From Azolla caroliniana (lineage: Eukaryota > Plantae > Polypodiophyta), in assembly GCA_043228905.1 (NCBI GenBank), contig JBHGNT010000001.1, positions 22,630,001 to 22,694,000 on the forward strand: a DNA stretch of 64,000 nt, in the 5' to 3' direction. Shown one piece after another: positions 1 to 10,800 of the stretch. Within the stretch, counting starts at the first letter, position 1, and every line of letters begins with the position of its first letter. The translations under genes and the position numbers were made by a program. The notes under the pieces are model-generated. The model worked only from the letters and a program-made list of their open reading frames with translations. It did no database searches and was not told the DNA's origin.

Positions 1-60
1 GAAGCGGTTCGGCACGCAATGGAATAGGTCGACAAGAGCAAAAGGGAAGGCATAATTGAA

Positions 61-3000
61 ATGCTGACAACAATTTCAAACCCTTCGGAAACAGGGGGAG
101 TCAAGGCGGCACCGGAAACCGGCAAGCAAAGGCCGAAACGGAACGTTGGTACTGTCGTTGGAAGGGCCACAAAGAGCGAGTGTTGGAAGAAGCGCTCTGA
201 TTTGGATAAACCCGGATCGAGCCGGGATGACGCCGACAGACGTCACAGATCACACTACACTGAAGGCTCAAGAGGAGCCTGGAATGGATCAGGCCTAGCC
301 TTTGTGATGAAGCACAAGGCTAATTTGATGAAGACAAGCACCTCGAGACCGAACGATGTATGGTATGTTGATTCCGGAGCTTCAAACCATATGACAAGCC
401 ACGACCAGTGGTTCTCGTATATGGAGAAACCTTAAATGTTTCATCAAAGAAGAGGGCAAAGTCATCACACAAAGGCATCGAGAAGGGAGGTTGTTCATCA
501 TTGAAACGAACGAATTCGGACCCGTGATGTTTGCAAAAAAGCAAAAGGTCGAGTCGGACATCAACCTATGGCACAAGCGGTTTGACCATGCCAACATCCC
601 GCGGCTTCAAGAAATGCAGACGAAGAATATTGTTTGCGGGTTGACGAAAATCAATGGTCGAAGCGGCCAAGTCTTGGAAGTGTGCTAGCTAGGAAAGTAG
701 ATCCAACTTCCATTCCCCAATGAGAAAAATCAGAGCTGGAACCGGCTCAATTTAATCCAGTCAGATGTCTCAGAATTGACACAGAACATGAGCATCGGAG
801 GAAGCCGTTACTTTCTAACCTCATCGATGACTACACTTGGCACACTTGAGCATGCTTGATCGTGAAGAAGAGGAAAGTCTTTGCCTACTTCTTGGAGGTG
901 AAGAGCCTTGCCGAACGGGAAACCAACAGAAAAATCAAGTGTTTGAGATTCGATGGCAGAAAAGAGTACTTTTCTTACCAATTCTCGAGTTACCTGTAGA
1001 AGGAAGAAATTCGGCGAGAATTCTCTTGCAGATACACACTAGAGCAGAAGAGTCTGGCTAAGCGGAAGAATTAGAGGAGGCAGCATGGGAAATGCTTGAG
1101 GGGAAGCATATGCTGAAGATTTACTAGGCTAAAGCGGTCCGGGTAGCCATCTACCTGTAGAATGGGATATCTGCAAATGGAGGAGTGTCTCCACATGAGC
1201 TGTATGTTGGGAAGAAGCTGGACTTGGCACACTTGAGGGTATTCGGTAGCATTGCATATGTGCATGTGCCAAAGGAAAAACGGAGGCAATTAGATGCGAA
1301 AGCCAAGAAGTGTATCGTGGTCGGCTACTAAGATGAGCAAAAGGATTATAAGTAATATAAGCCCTAAACGAAAGAGGTCCACGTAAGCTAAGATGTTGTT
1401 TTCAATGAGTTGTCTTCATGGTACTTGCCTTTACCTCCGAACCCCGATAACTACATTCCGAATTCTAAGGATGAGGTTTAGTGAGGCCGAAATGCCTCCA
1501 AATGAAGAAGAAATCGGAGCTCTAAAAAGAGTCTGATACCATTCCGATTGACTGGGCCGAATGAGAGACTAAGTTGGAATGACCAGTCATATGAGGAGCT
1601 GGCGAGTAATGGACACTTGGTCGTGCTATCCCGCTTCGGAAACCGAAGATATGGCCTATGTGCAAAGAGAGGGGGAAGATGAAAATATTGAAGTATAGCA
1701 TGGATGCCGGTTTTTCAGCCCAGAGTGAATCTGAAACAGTCGGACGACGAACCTCCGGAGAAAAGTTTAGATTCTACCAAGAGGGCCGTCAAATCGGCAA
1801 AGCAAAAGATGTGCCGATCTACCCACCAGAAGAACCCCGATGTTCTATACGGATACAATGAATACATGGTGCACCATTATGCGTACATGACGAAGGTGGT
1901 GGAAGTGCACGAGCTGGAAAGCTATGTAGAAGCGGCAAATTGGCGTGCGGCTATGGAGGAAGAGATGCACGCCTTAGCGGAGAACTAAACATGGGACCTG
2001 GTTGATGCATCGAAGGGTGTGAAGCCGATTAGATGCAAGTGGGTGGGTGTATAAGGTCAAGTACAACACCAACAGCTCCTTCAACCAATACAAGGCTTGG
2101 TTAGTGGCGAAAGGCTATGTGCAGCAACATGATATCGACTACGATGAGATGTTTGCACCAATTGCGAAGAGCCCGATTGTCCGTATCTTGCTAGCGGTAG
2201 CCGCCACAAAGGGGTGGCACTTACATCAAATGGATGTAAAGAATGCGTTCTGGAAGGTGATCTTTTGGAACAGGTGTACATGGTATAGCCCCCCTGGATT
2301 TCAGTCCGGAATGAACACGTTGGTTCTTTTCCGACTGAAGAAGTCCCTCTACGGACTCAAGCAAGCCCTGCATGCCTGGAACACGAAGATCACATAATGA
2401 CTACGTCAGATGGGGTTTGCCACGTCAAAGTCGGACTCTTCACTTTTCATCCGGCAAGGTCGGAGTAGGCCGGTTAGTATTTTACTTTACGTTGATGGTT
2501 TAGTCATCGCCGGTGTTGACCAAGACGAAATCGGTTGCGTCAAGTCCCAACTAACGGCATCGTTCAACATGAAGGATCTAGGGGACCTTCATTACTTCCT
2601 TGGGATCGAAGTGATTTGCATCCCCGAAGGCATACTGATCAACCAGCAACATTATGTGTTGAGTATGCTCTTTTGGTTCGGTATGGCGCTGTGCAAGTCC
2701 ATCTCATATCCTCTAGATAGAAATGTGAGGCTTCGCCCCGACTCCGGAATGACATGCGAATAGAAAAGGTTTTGACAGATAGTCGGAAGCCTTATATACT
2801 TGACCATCACCCAGCCGGACCTCAGCTATCCGATCGACTTGATTAGTCAATTCAAAGCGCATCCGACCGTGGAACACCTTTAGTGTGCACATCGAATCCT
2901 TAGGTATGTAAGTGGCACTAAGGACAAGGGATTGCTATATCACACTGGTATAGCCAAATAGTTGGTCGGCCACATGGATGCCAATTGAGCCGGAAACGCC

Positions 3001-3421
3001 AGTGATCACAGGTCTACATCGGGCTTGACGTTTTCACTTGGAAGCGCTGCGATCTCCTGGAGCAGCAAGAAGCAGCCGAAAGTTGCACTATTGAGCATGA
3101 AGGCTGAGTATCGAGGGGCGGCTGTCGCGACATGCGAAGCCATATGGCTAATAAGGCTTTTGAAGGATCTCTAGGGGGAGGTGTCGGATTTGACACCGAT
3201 CTACTACAATAACATTAGCAACATCCAACTTGCGAAGAACCCCGTCTTCCTCGTCCACTATCATTTTGTCCGCCAGTGGGTCCTTTCCAGTGAGGACGAA
3301 CTTGTTTATGTTCCGACTGATCGATAGGTTTCTGATACCTTCACCAAACCTCTTGGGATGGACAGGTTGCCGCATTGTTCGACTATGCTTGTTTTACAAC
3401 ATCTCGACATGCCGAACATGA
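61..3421 (+). pseudogene. Copia gag-pol pseudogene
   Basis: Fragmented ORFs 61-435, 491-688, 1704-1988, 2047-2397 and 2410-2763 carry copia motifs and are broken by many stops and frameshifts. Confidence 0.9.
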
Positions 3422-4114
3422 GGGGGAGGAGAGAGATGATGTCCAAAAAGCCGACCCGGATGAAGAATTCGATTTTGGCACAACTAAAGAAGTCAGAATG
3501 TTCGGATCGGCTGGAGAAGTCGAGGATGGATGGACAGGTGGAAGAAGATCAACCAAGCAAAGGTTAGCCACATGCAGGGGGGGCAACCGCAAGAGAGAGC
3601 TGAATACAGAGCCAATGAAACCAAGGGGAGGAAGAGCCGAGAGAGGCAGCAGAGTCAAGAAGGACAGAGCCAACCAAGAGAAGGCTAGGACAAATACATG
3701 GGTAGATGTGAGCAAGGGCCTGAAAGAGGATGAATCGAAGACGACTGATTCAGACAAGAGGTGGAACAAATCAGAAACAATTGATTCAGTAAAGGAGTTC
3801 GATTCAGACGAATCGAGTCACATGAAGGCTAGGCAAATGAGAGGGCATTTGAAGCCAACGCCGAGACGGAGAAGCCAACGGGTCGAGGGGCACCATTACC
3901 ATGACATCAAGGGAGCTAACAAGGGTCGTACGAGCAAACAAGCCGACCCTAAGGGTCAAGATGCGCGGAACAGGAGGGGTTGAAAAGCGAAGGACCAGAG
4001 GGGTCGAGAACGCAGAACCGAACCATACAAGGAGCTCGAGCAAGGCGTGGTGGAGATGCTAGGAAGAGTCGGATGCTGACCCAAGGAGAACCTCAAGTTG
4101 AGCTTGAGGAGGAG

Positions 4115-4421
4115 TGTTGAGCGAGCAAGCTCAACTTGGGCCAGATCGGTTGACGAAGCCATGAACTGGATCGGATTGGACCAATCAGTTAAGGTCCGGA
4201 TCAGTTAAAGAAGCGGGGAGCCGGATCGGATGGAGACCGATCGGCAAGGCCGGATCGGTGGGAAAGATATTCCACGAAGGAATATATTTGGGAGTTAGTG
4301 TAGGGGCTCAATTATGAGCATTCAAGTATTGATGGTACTTGTTTCAATCCTTTTAAGGACTTGTATAAAAGTGCTCTCTGAGCACATTCGATGTATATAA
4401 CAAGTGCTATTTTTTAATAGA
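4115..4421 (+). repeat. 3' LTR of copia element, left part (right part 13399-13478)
   Basis: Starts TGTTGAG after the PPT. It is collinear with the uninterrupted sister LTR at 50676-51088 (minus strand). Confidence 0.85.
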
Positions 4422-4458
4422 AACACCGGGACATTTGAAACAGGTAATATGTCGCATT
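4422..4458 (+). repeat. Left terminal inverted repeat (37 bp)
   Basis: AACACCGGGACATTTGAAACAGGTAATATGTCGCATT is the exact reverse complement of 13358-13394. Confidence 0.95.
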
Positions 4459-4701
4459 TTAAGAACTATCCGTCAAAAAAAGACACAAAATAGGTCGATT
4501 GACAAAAAGGGGTGCCGCATGCGTAAAGGATTTTCAAAAATGACCCAAAAATATATTGATTTTAAGCATGTCCAAAATTGTAGGTCTTTCAAAAAATGCC
4601 TAAATAATAGACATGCCAAACTTACAAAAGAATGTACAAAATGACTACCACCTATATTTATACATATTCGTTAACTGACATTTTGATGTACAATTCAATA
4701 T

Positions 4702-7455
4702 CTACAGATCAGGTGTCAAACTATCGCTTTCCAAGTCTATGCCATCATTTTTAGACCCATCCGATGAACTAGAAGAGCTTTGTGAGGTATCATCCTCATC
4801 ATCACTGGCAACCAATGCATTGTCTTCATCCAATTGCAATCCAACATCACCATGGTTATGAGACATGCTTCTTGTTTGTCTTTGTGTAGTGGTTGGAGCC
4901 GCATTTGGGATCTTCTCTTTTAATATCTTGATTGTGGTTTGTCTTAGATGGCTTGTTTTGGTCAAGGAGAAGTCATACACTAGTATGTCAACATTATCCA
5001 ATGTAAGAACAGACGTGCTTGGTAGATTCTTTCTTCTTCGCTTTCTACTTGTGCCTTCAACATCCTTAACCATCTCTAAAGAGTACTTTCCAGAGAATGG
5101 ATTTGGTGAAGAGGTGTGATACCAATGAACCACAATGGACTTAACTTGATTGCCTGATTCATCCTTCATTATATCCAAAATTTTAGCAATCCAAAATGGA
5201 TGGCCCAACTCATCATCCCCAGCTAATGTTGCAACTAACATCCCAACTTGTAGTTCATGCAAATTGCCTTGCCATCTTGCCTCTGCAGTACGCGATATTC
5301 TTGGTCCCACATAAATATCTCTCTGTCGTGGGCGAACTAGATTATTGAGTTCAACATTACCAATTAATTGATGGTTAGCAGGTGAAACTATTGACGGCAT
5401 ACCAATGTTCCATGTGAAAGCATTTTGGATTGGCCATACTCCGGCAATGTAGTTGTTTAAAATTGTATGTTGATGGTTAAAGAAGGTATCCCACCATTGA
5501 ACATCTTGATCACCAGCATACTTCTTGGTGCGCTCAATATTTCTTTGTTTCTCTTCAAGGCATCGCATCCAATATATCTTTTTCTCATCAATTGAGTTGC
5601 TATGAACCATTTTTTTATGGTCATCATACGGCATTTGTTCTGCACCATGGATTTCTGTATTTGGAAAATAAAGTAAGAACCTACAACCCTCTTGTGGCTC
5701 CCATTGTGAACTAGATGAGTATTGTTTTGCATACAACATCGTCGTGTTGTGGCTCATATCACTTCGTTTTATGAGGAAGACATGGTTAAAACTTATATTA
5801 TTCAAAGGTGCAAGAACCCTACCTTGAGCCCCATCACCATCCATGCAGAAGCGTTTAAAATCATACACTTCATTCAACTGATGTACTTCGGGCTTCGGGG
5901 TATAAGCTTCACTGATCAACATTGTTAGCGTAGGAAGCGTGAAAGCATCACATCGTGCTAATTTCTTTGAGAACCTACTAAACATTTGATCTATATGATC
6001 ATGGGTATGACCAACTAGTAAGAAGTTAACCTTAATCTTCTTAAATAAACCCTTCTCTACTAGCATGCTTAAGTAACCGAAAACAGTCGAGTTTTTGTTT
6101 TCTCTAGCTGTATTGTCAAGTTGCACATATAGAACAGGCGAGAGTATACCTGGCCAAGACTGCAACACTCTTTGCATGACTGTAACTGTAAGATTAGGGT
6201 TGTTGTGGATATTAGGATAAGTTAAGAATACTTGAGGCCTTATTGTCTGACAATATGACAAGCAACCTACTAAATGCATTTGTACAAGGCATTCATCTCC
6301 AATATCCTTTGGCAACCTTTGAAAGTGTGGCAAACAAGTCTTCTTCTGATCCATGCCATCAATAATCATACACATATACCTTTCAGGTGATTGGAGAGCT
6401 TTTCGTCGGTGGTGCATAGCTTTAGAACGTTCCAATGCTTGACTCTCACGGTGTTCTTTCAATAGATTCTTGTAATTCTTTATTTCATCATCTGATTTCC
6501 CACCCTTTGCCATACTCTTTAAACTTGCACATATTGAACAAACACCCATTCGAACTTTACGCGGTATAACCACATTGTTAAATTGTAACCTCCATAATCG
6601 ATTGAAATGTCGATACTGTATGTAAGGTACACCTTGTGACAACATGTCGTCTTTATATTCTTGATACACCTCACGGCGAGTGAAATTATCAGACAAGTGC
6701 AATCTCCCAGTAGTGGGCATAATATCACATTGCTTTGAGAAATATATCTCCATCCAATTAATAGAATGACGCCCTATAAGACCCTTACTACCAGAGGAAT
6801 TCATATCAAAAGGTATAAACGATCCCTTCACCAATCTTAGTTGTATTCTCTGAAGCCTCATGTTCCCAATGCTATGAGCAATTTTGAAAGCAACTCTACA
6901 ACACTTAGTCCTCAATGCAAGGTAATATTCAACGTGCGTTGAACTAGCCCCAGTGGCGTGATCTCTTACAAGCTGCATATGTGAAATAAGAAAAGTATCT
7001 TGTTCCTCACCATTAAGTGATAGATACTTCTCCCGCATTATTCGTAAGTTTGACTTTCCAAATTTATTAAGACATAGATTCCCACAACATGTCTTGCTCG
7101 AATCACAAACAATTTGACGATCAGAACATAAAAAGTTATATCTCTTTACACTAACTTGTCGAGGAACTCTTTTGAATGTGAGAGGCTTTGTTACGCAAGC
7201 TTCGCCAGATGTGGTTTCATCCTTGTCAATGCTTGCACAACTTTTGCTATCTTGTATACCACTTTGTCCTGGCCTCTTGAAAGGGTCAATTGAGAAAAGT
7301 GAGTTTGAGTTATTACCAACATCACAACTAACATTTTCACCTGGACCCTTTGAAACACTTGGGACCTTGTACTCATCGACTGAGAAATATGAGTTACTCG
7401 ATAAAACATAAGGGTCCACTGAAAACAAGGATGATCTACTCGAAGCACAAGACAT
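4702..7455 (-). CDS. Sola-like DDD transposase (917 aa) with C-terminal Tudor/BAH-like beta-barrel and acidic tail
   Basis: Uninterrupted ORF inside the TIRs. Acidic motifs IIDGMDQKK, VQLDNTARENKN and LVGHTHDHIDQMFS. Cys/His motifs CC-x3-CL, C-x2-AF-x3-H and CSIC...H lie upstream of the catalytic core. Confidence 0.85.
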   Translation of the reverse strand: MSCASSRSSLFSVDPYVLSSNSYFSVDEYKVPSVSKGPGENVSCDVGNNSNSLFSIDPFKRPGQSGIQDSKSCASIDKDETTSGEACVTKPLTFKRVPRQVSVKRYNFLCSDRQIVCDSSKTCCGNLCLNKFGKSNLRIMREKYLSLNGEEQDTFLISHMQLVRDHATGASSTHVEYYLALRTKCCRVAFKIAHSIGNMRLQRIQLRLVKGSFIPFDMNSSGSKGLIGRHSINWMEIYFSKQCDIMPTTGRLHLSDNFTRREVYQEYKDDMLSQGVPYIQYRHFNRLWRLQFNNVVIPRKVRMGVCSICASLKSMAKGGKSDDEIKNYKNLLKEHRESQALERSKAMHHRRKALQSPERYMCMIIDGMDQKKTCLPHFQRLPKDIGDECLVQMHLVGCLSYCQTIRPQVFLTYPNIHNNPNLTVTVMQRVLQSWPGILSPVLYVQLDNTARENKNSTVFGYLSMLVEKGLFKKIKVNFLLVGHTHDHIDQMFSRFSKKLARCDAFTLPTLTMLISEAYTPKPEVHQLNEVYDFKRFCMDGDGAQGRVLAPLNNISFNHVFLIKRSDMSHNTTMLYAKQYSSSSQWEPQEGCRFLLYFPNTEIHGAEQMPYDDHKKMVHSNSIDEKKIYWMRCLEEKQRNIERTKKYAGDQDVQWWDTFFNHQHTILNNYIAGVWPIQNAFTWNIGMPSIVSPANHQLIGNVELNNLVRPRQRDIYVGPRISRTAEARWQGNLHELQVGMLVATLAGDDELGHPFWIAKILDIMKDESGNQVKSIVVHWYHTSSPNPFSGKYSLEMVKDVEGTSRKRRRKNLPSTSVLTLDNVDILVYDFSLTKTSHLRQTTIKILKEKIPNAAPTTTQRQTRSMSHNHGDVGLQLDEDNALVASDDEDDTSQSSSSSSDGSKNDGIDLESDSLTPDL

Positions 7456-7703
7456 CTTGAAGCCTAACTTAACTTAACACCTTTCTCTTGTTTAAGTAGA
7501 AGTTTAGGAATTGAAGATCTAGTCTATGAACATAAACCATATGAAGACATCTTGGGATAAAAGATAAGGTATATTGACATCATATTATTATTTAATTTTG
7601 TAAATTTTTTATAATAATTTATTGTGTAATATTGTATTTTTTTAAGAGAAAATCTTTTTTTTAAATAATTATTTTATTTTCCAAAAAAACAATTTAAGTT
7701 AAC

Positions 7704-7713
7704 TATATAAATA
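7704..7713 (+). promoter_or_regulatory. Candidate TATA box in the AT-rich divergent promoter region (7456-7821)
   Basis: TATATAAATA lies ~110 bp upstream of the predicted ATG at 7822. Confidence 0.5.
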
Positions 7714-7821
7714 GAGATCTACCACTCATTATCTCTTACACGTTTCAAGAGCTCAGAGCACTCTTTAGAAAAAGTCATCGTTTTCTGTGTTCATCAACAC
7801 ATTGTCAACAACTAGTCTAAC

Positions 7822-10800
7822 ATGAAATCGAGCAAGACAGTTGGCAAGTAAGTCTTCTATTACCCAAATTTAAAGATTCCTAAAGATACCATAAAGATTC
7901 TTTTTTATTATCTATAAAATTGAGTGACTTTAATTATAATTAGTTTGGTGTATGTATAATTTCTTCGGTTTCTTGAGAGAATGTCCTCTCTAATTCGATG
8001 CAGTGCATCGGATTAGAAAGTACTTCCTCGCTAACTTGATGAACTGCATGGGGGTAGATAGGAAATTAAGACAACACACATAGATACGACATCCTCTGAA
8101 ATCCGATGCAATGCATCGGATTTCAGACGATGTCGTATCATATCCTCCCTAATCCAATGTAGTGCATCGGATTAGGGAGAAGATGATCAGGAAACCTCTG
8201 AAATCCGATGCACTGCATCGGATTAGGGAGAAAATCCTCCCTAATCCGATGAAATGCATCAGATTTCAAAGGATGTCGTATTATATCCTCTGAAATCTGA
8301 TGCAATGCATCGGATTTCAGAGGATGTCGTATCATATCCTCCCAAATCCAATGTAATGCATCGGAGTAGGGAGGAGATGATGAGAAAACCCCTCGTTTTA
8401 GAGGATTTCCTCCCTAATCCGATGCAGTGCATCGGATTAGGGAGGAGATGATCAGAAAACCTCTGAAATCCGACGCAGTGCAATGGATTTCAGAGGATGT
8501 CCTCTCTAATCCGATGCACTGCATCGGATTAGGGAGGAGATGATCAGAAAACCTCCCAAATCCGATGCAATGCATCGGATTTCAGAGGATCTCCTCTCTA
8601 ATCCGATGCAGTGCATCGGATTAGGGAGGAGATGATCAGAAAACCTCCCAAATCCGATGCAATGCATCGGATTTCAGAGGATGTCCTCTCTAATCCGATG
8701 CAGTGCATCGGATTAGGGAGGAGATGATCAGAAACCCTCCCAAATCCGATGCACTGCATCGGATTTCAGAGGATGTCCTCTGAAATCCGATGCAGTGCAT
8801 CGGATTAGGGAGGAGAGGATAGGAAATCCTCTGAAATCCGATGCAGTGCATCGGATTTCAGAGGATGTCCTCTCTAATCCGATGCAGTGCATCGGATTAG
8901 GGAGGAGATGATCAGAAAACCTCCCAAATCCGATGCACTGCATCGGATTTCAGAGGATGTCCTCTGAAATCCGATGCAGTGCATCGGATTAGGGAGGAGA
9001 GGATAGGAAATCCTCTGAAATCCGATGCAGTGCATCGGATTTCAGAGGACGTGCTAGCTAATTTTAGCTTTATTTTAGCTTTATTTTAGGTATATTTAGA
9101 TGTATTTTATGTATATTTAGGTGTATTTCGTCGTATTTACGTGTCTGTTACATGTACTTAGGTGTATTTATATGTATTTAGTAGTGTTTAGGTGTGTTTA
9201 GGTCTACTTACGTGTATTTAGGTGTGTTTTATGTTTATTTTACGTGTCCTTAGGTGTATTGGAGAGTATTCTGTTAAGGGTTTAGTGTATTTAGGTGTGT
9301 TTTACATGTAGTTAAGGGTATTTAGGTGCACTTACGTGTATTTAGGTGCGTTTTATGTGTATTTTACGTGTACTACGGTGTATTAAAGAGAATTTAGTTG
9401 TGTTTTGGTGTATTCACGTATATTTTACATTTATTTCACGAAAATATTTTGTTTTCTTCCCCAGTGAGCCCCGTCCGAAGGTGCCCTCTTTCAAGTTGAA
9501 GTTCCGGTCTCCGACAAAACATGACTCGGAGAGTTTTTTAAAAGAAAAGTCTCGAAGATCATTATTCGAGTCCGGGGGTGATGGGACCTCGAAATCTTCC
9601 GTAGGGAATACGAAAAATAAACAAATTATGCTCGTGGAAGATAAGTCCACGGAGCATAAGCTAAAAAATTATTCACATGTAGAATGGAGTCTCACTTACA
9701 TTGAAGAAGATGGGGTATTGCTCCTCATATTTGCCACGTCGGAAGGAAAAGGAAAGCTTGAATTAGGGAAGACCTTCCCCTATGGTAAAGTTCGTAATTT
9801 AGAATATGAAGACAGTGATTCGTCCATTATCTTCCTCGAAGTTGAGAGCTCAGGTGGTACAAGGCGAGTGCAAGTTGATGAAGGAAACCTAGTACCTGAC
9901 GTATGCCACCCAAAATCTTTGCGAAAAGATATGCAAACAAAGAATAATCTTATTGTAGCTCTTCGGCCTTATGTTACTGGAGAGATGATGAGCACAGAAG
10001 CAGAGACTCCGCCTAAAAAGTCTCGGAAAACAAAACCGGAACATAAAAAATATCAAAAACGACAAATATCTAATGACGAGGACCTCGACGTCTTGGAGTT
10101 CGAGGAAGAAGAAGACGATGAACAACAACTTGAAATTGTCCCTCCAGGAGGGCAAATATCTTCCGGTGTATTGACTTCTGAGCAAAACCGGATTAGAGAA
10201 AATATAGCTAGGACCAAACTAGTGCGAAAAGGTCAACTCTTCCATCTACCAATTTCTTCAATTCAAAGGCCGCCCATCGACCCTGAAACTAGAAGACGCA
10301 CGCTCGAGATTAGAGAGCCACATGCAGTGCATGTACAAAATTTGAAAAGCAAAATGAAGATAAATCCACATGCAACCGTCGTACCTTTTTTGGTTATGGT
10401 AGACCCTGAACAATGTCCGACAGTTGCTGATTTTAAATATAGCTCTTCAGATGATTATACTTATTATGTTATCGGAGGATCTCATTCAGCTGAAGCCCGA
10501 CGTCAACTCGTCAAGGAATATCCGCTCACTCCGTTTTTTAAGTACGCAGAATGTAAAGTATATGCAGGTCTTACTCATGAAGAGGCCAAGTTGTTAGCAT
10601 GGGACCACAACAATGATAATGATTATAGACAAAAGATGTCTTGTATCGAACGCATCAGATTCTTTCACCATGAGTATTTGGATGCGTTGCAAAGATTTGG
10701 ACCCAAGTTGAACCCTGGCTTACGACGTCAATGTTTACTAGAAGTGGGTATTGCAGTTGATGAGAGTACGAAATCTGAAGGGCTACGGAAATATGACTCA

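Noticed and set aside
4419-4421. 2-bp AG target duplication with AAACAC termini
   Set aside because: This reading is formally possible, but the related element has an unambiguous 4-bp TSD and AACAC ends.
8138-8943. Short ORFs in the palindrome array
   Set aside because: They arise on both strands from the repeat itself and have no continuous frame.
7992-9047. CRISPR array
   Set aside because: The spacers are themselves repeated rather than unique, there are no cas genes, and the context is eukaryotic and intronic.
9060-9425. Interstitial telomere
   Set aside because: The units are mostly TTTAGGTG/TTTACGTG, not tandem TTTAGGG.
9346-9464. N-terminus of the 603-aa ORF (MRFMCILRV...)
   Set aside because: It is a GTG start inside a simple repeat and upstream of a clear splice acceptor at 9464, so it is read-through of intron sequence.
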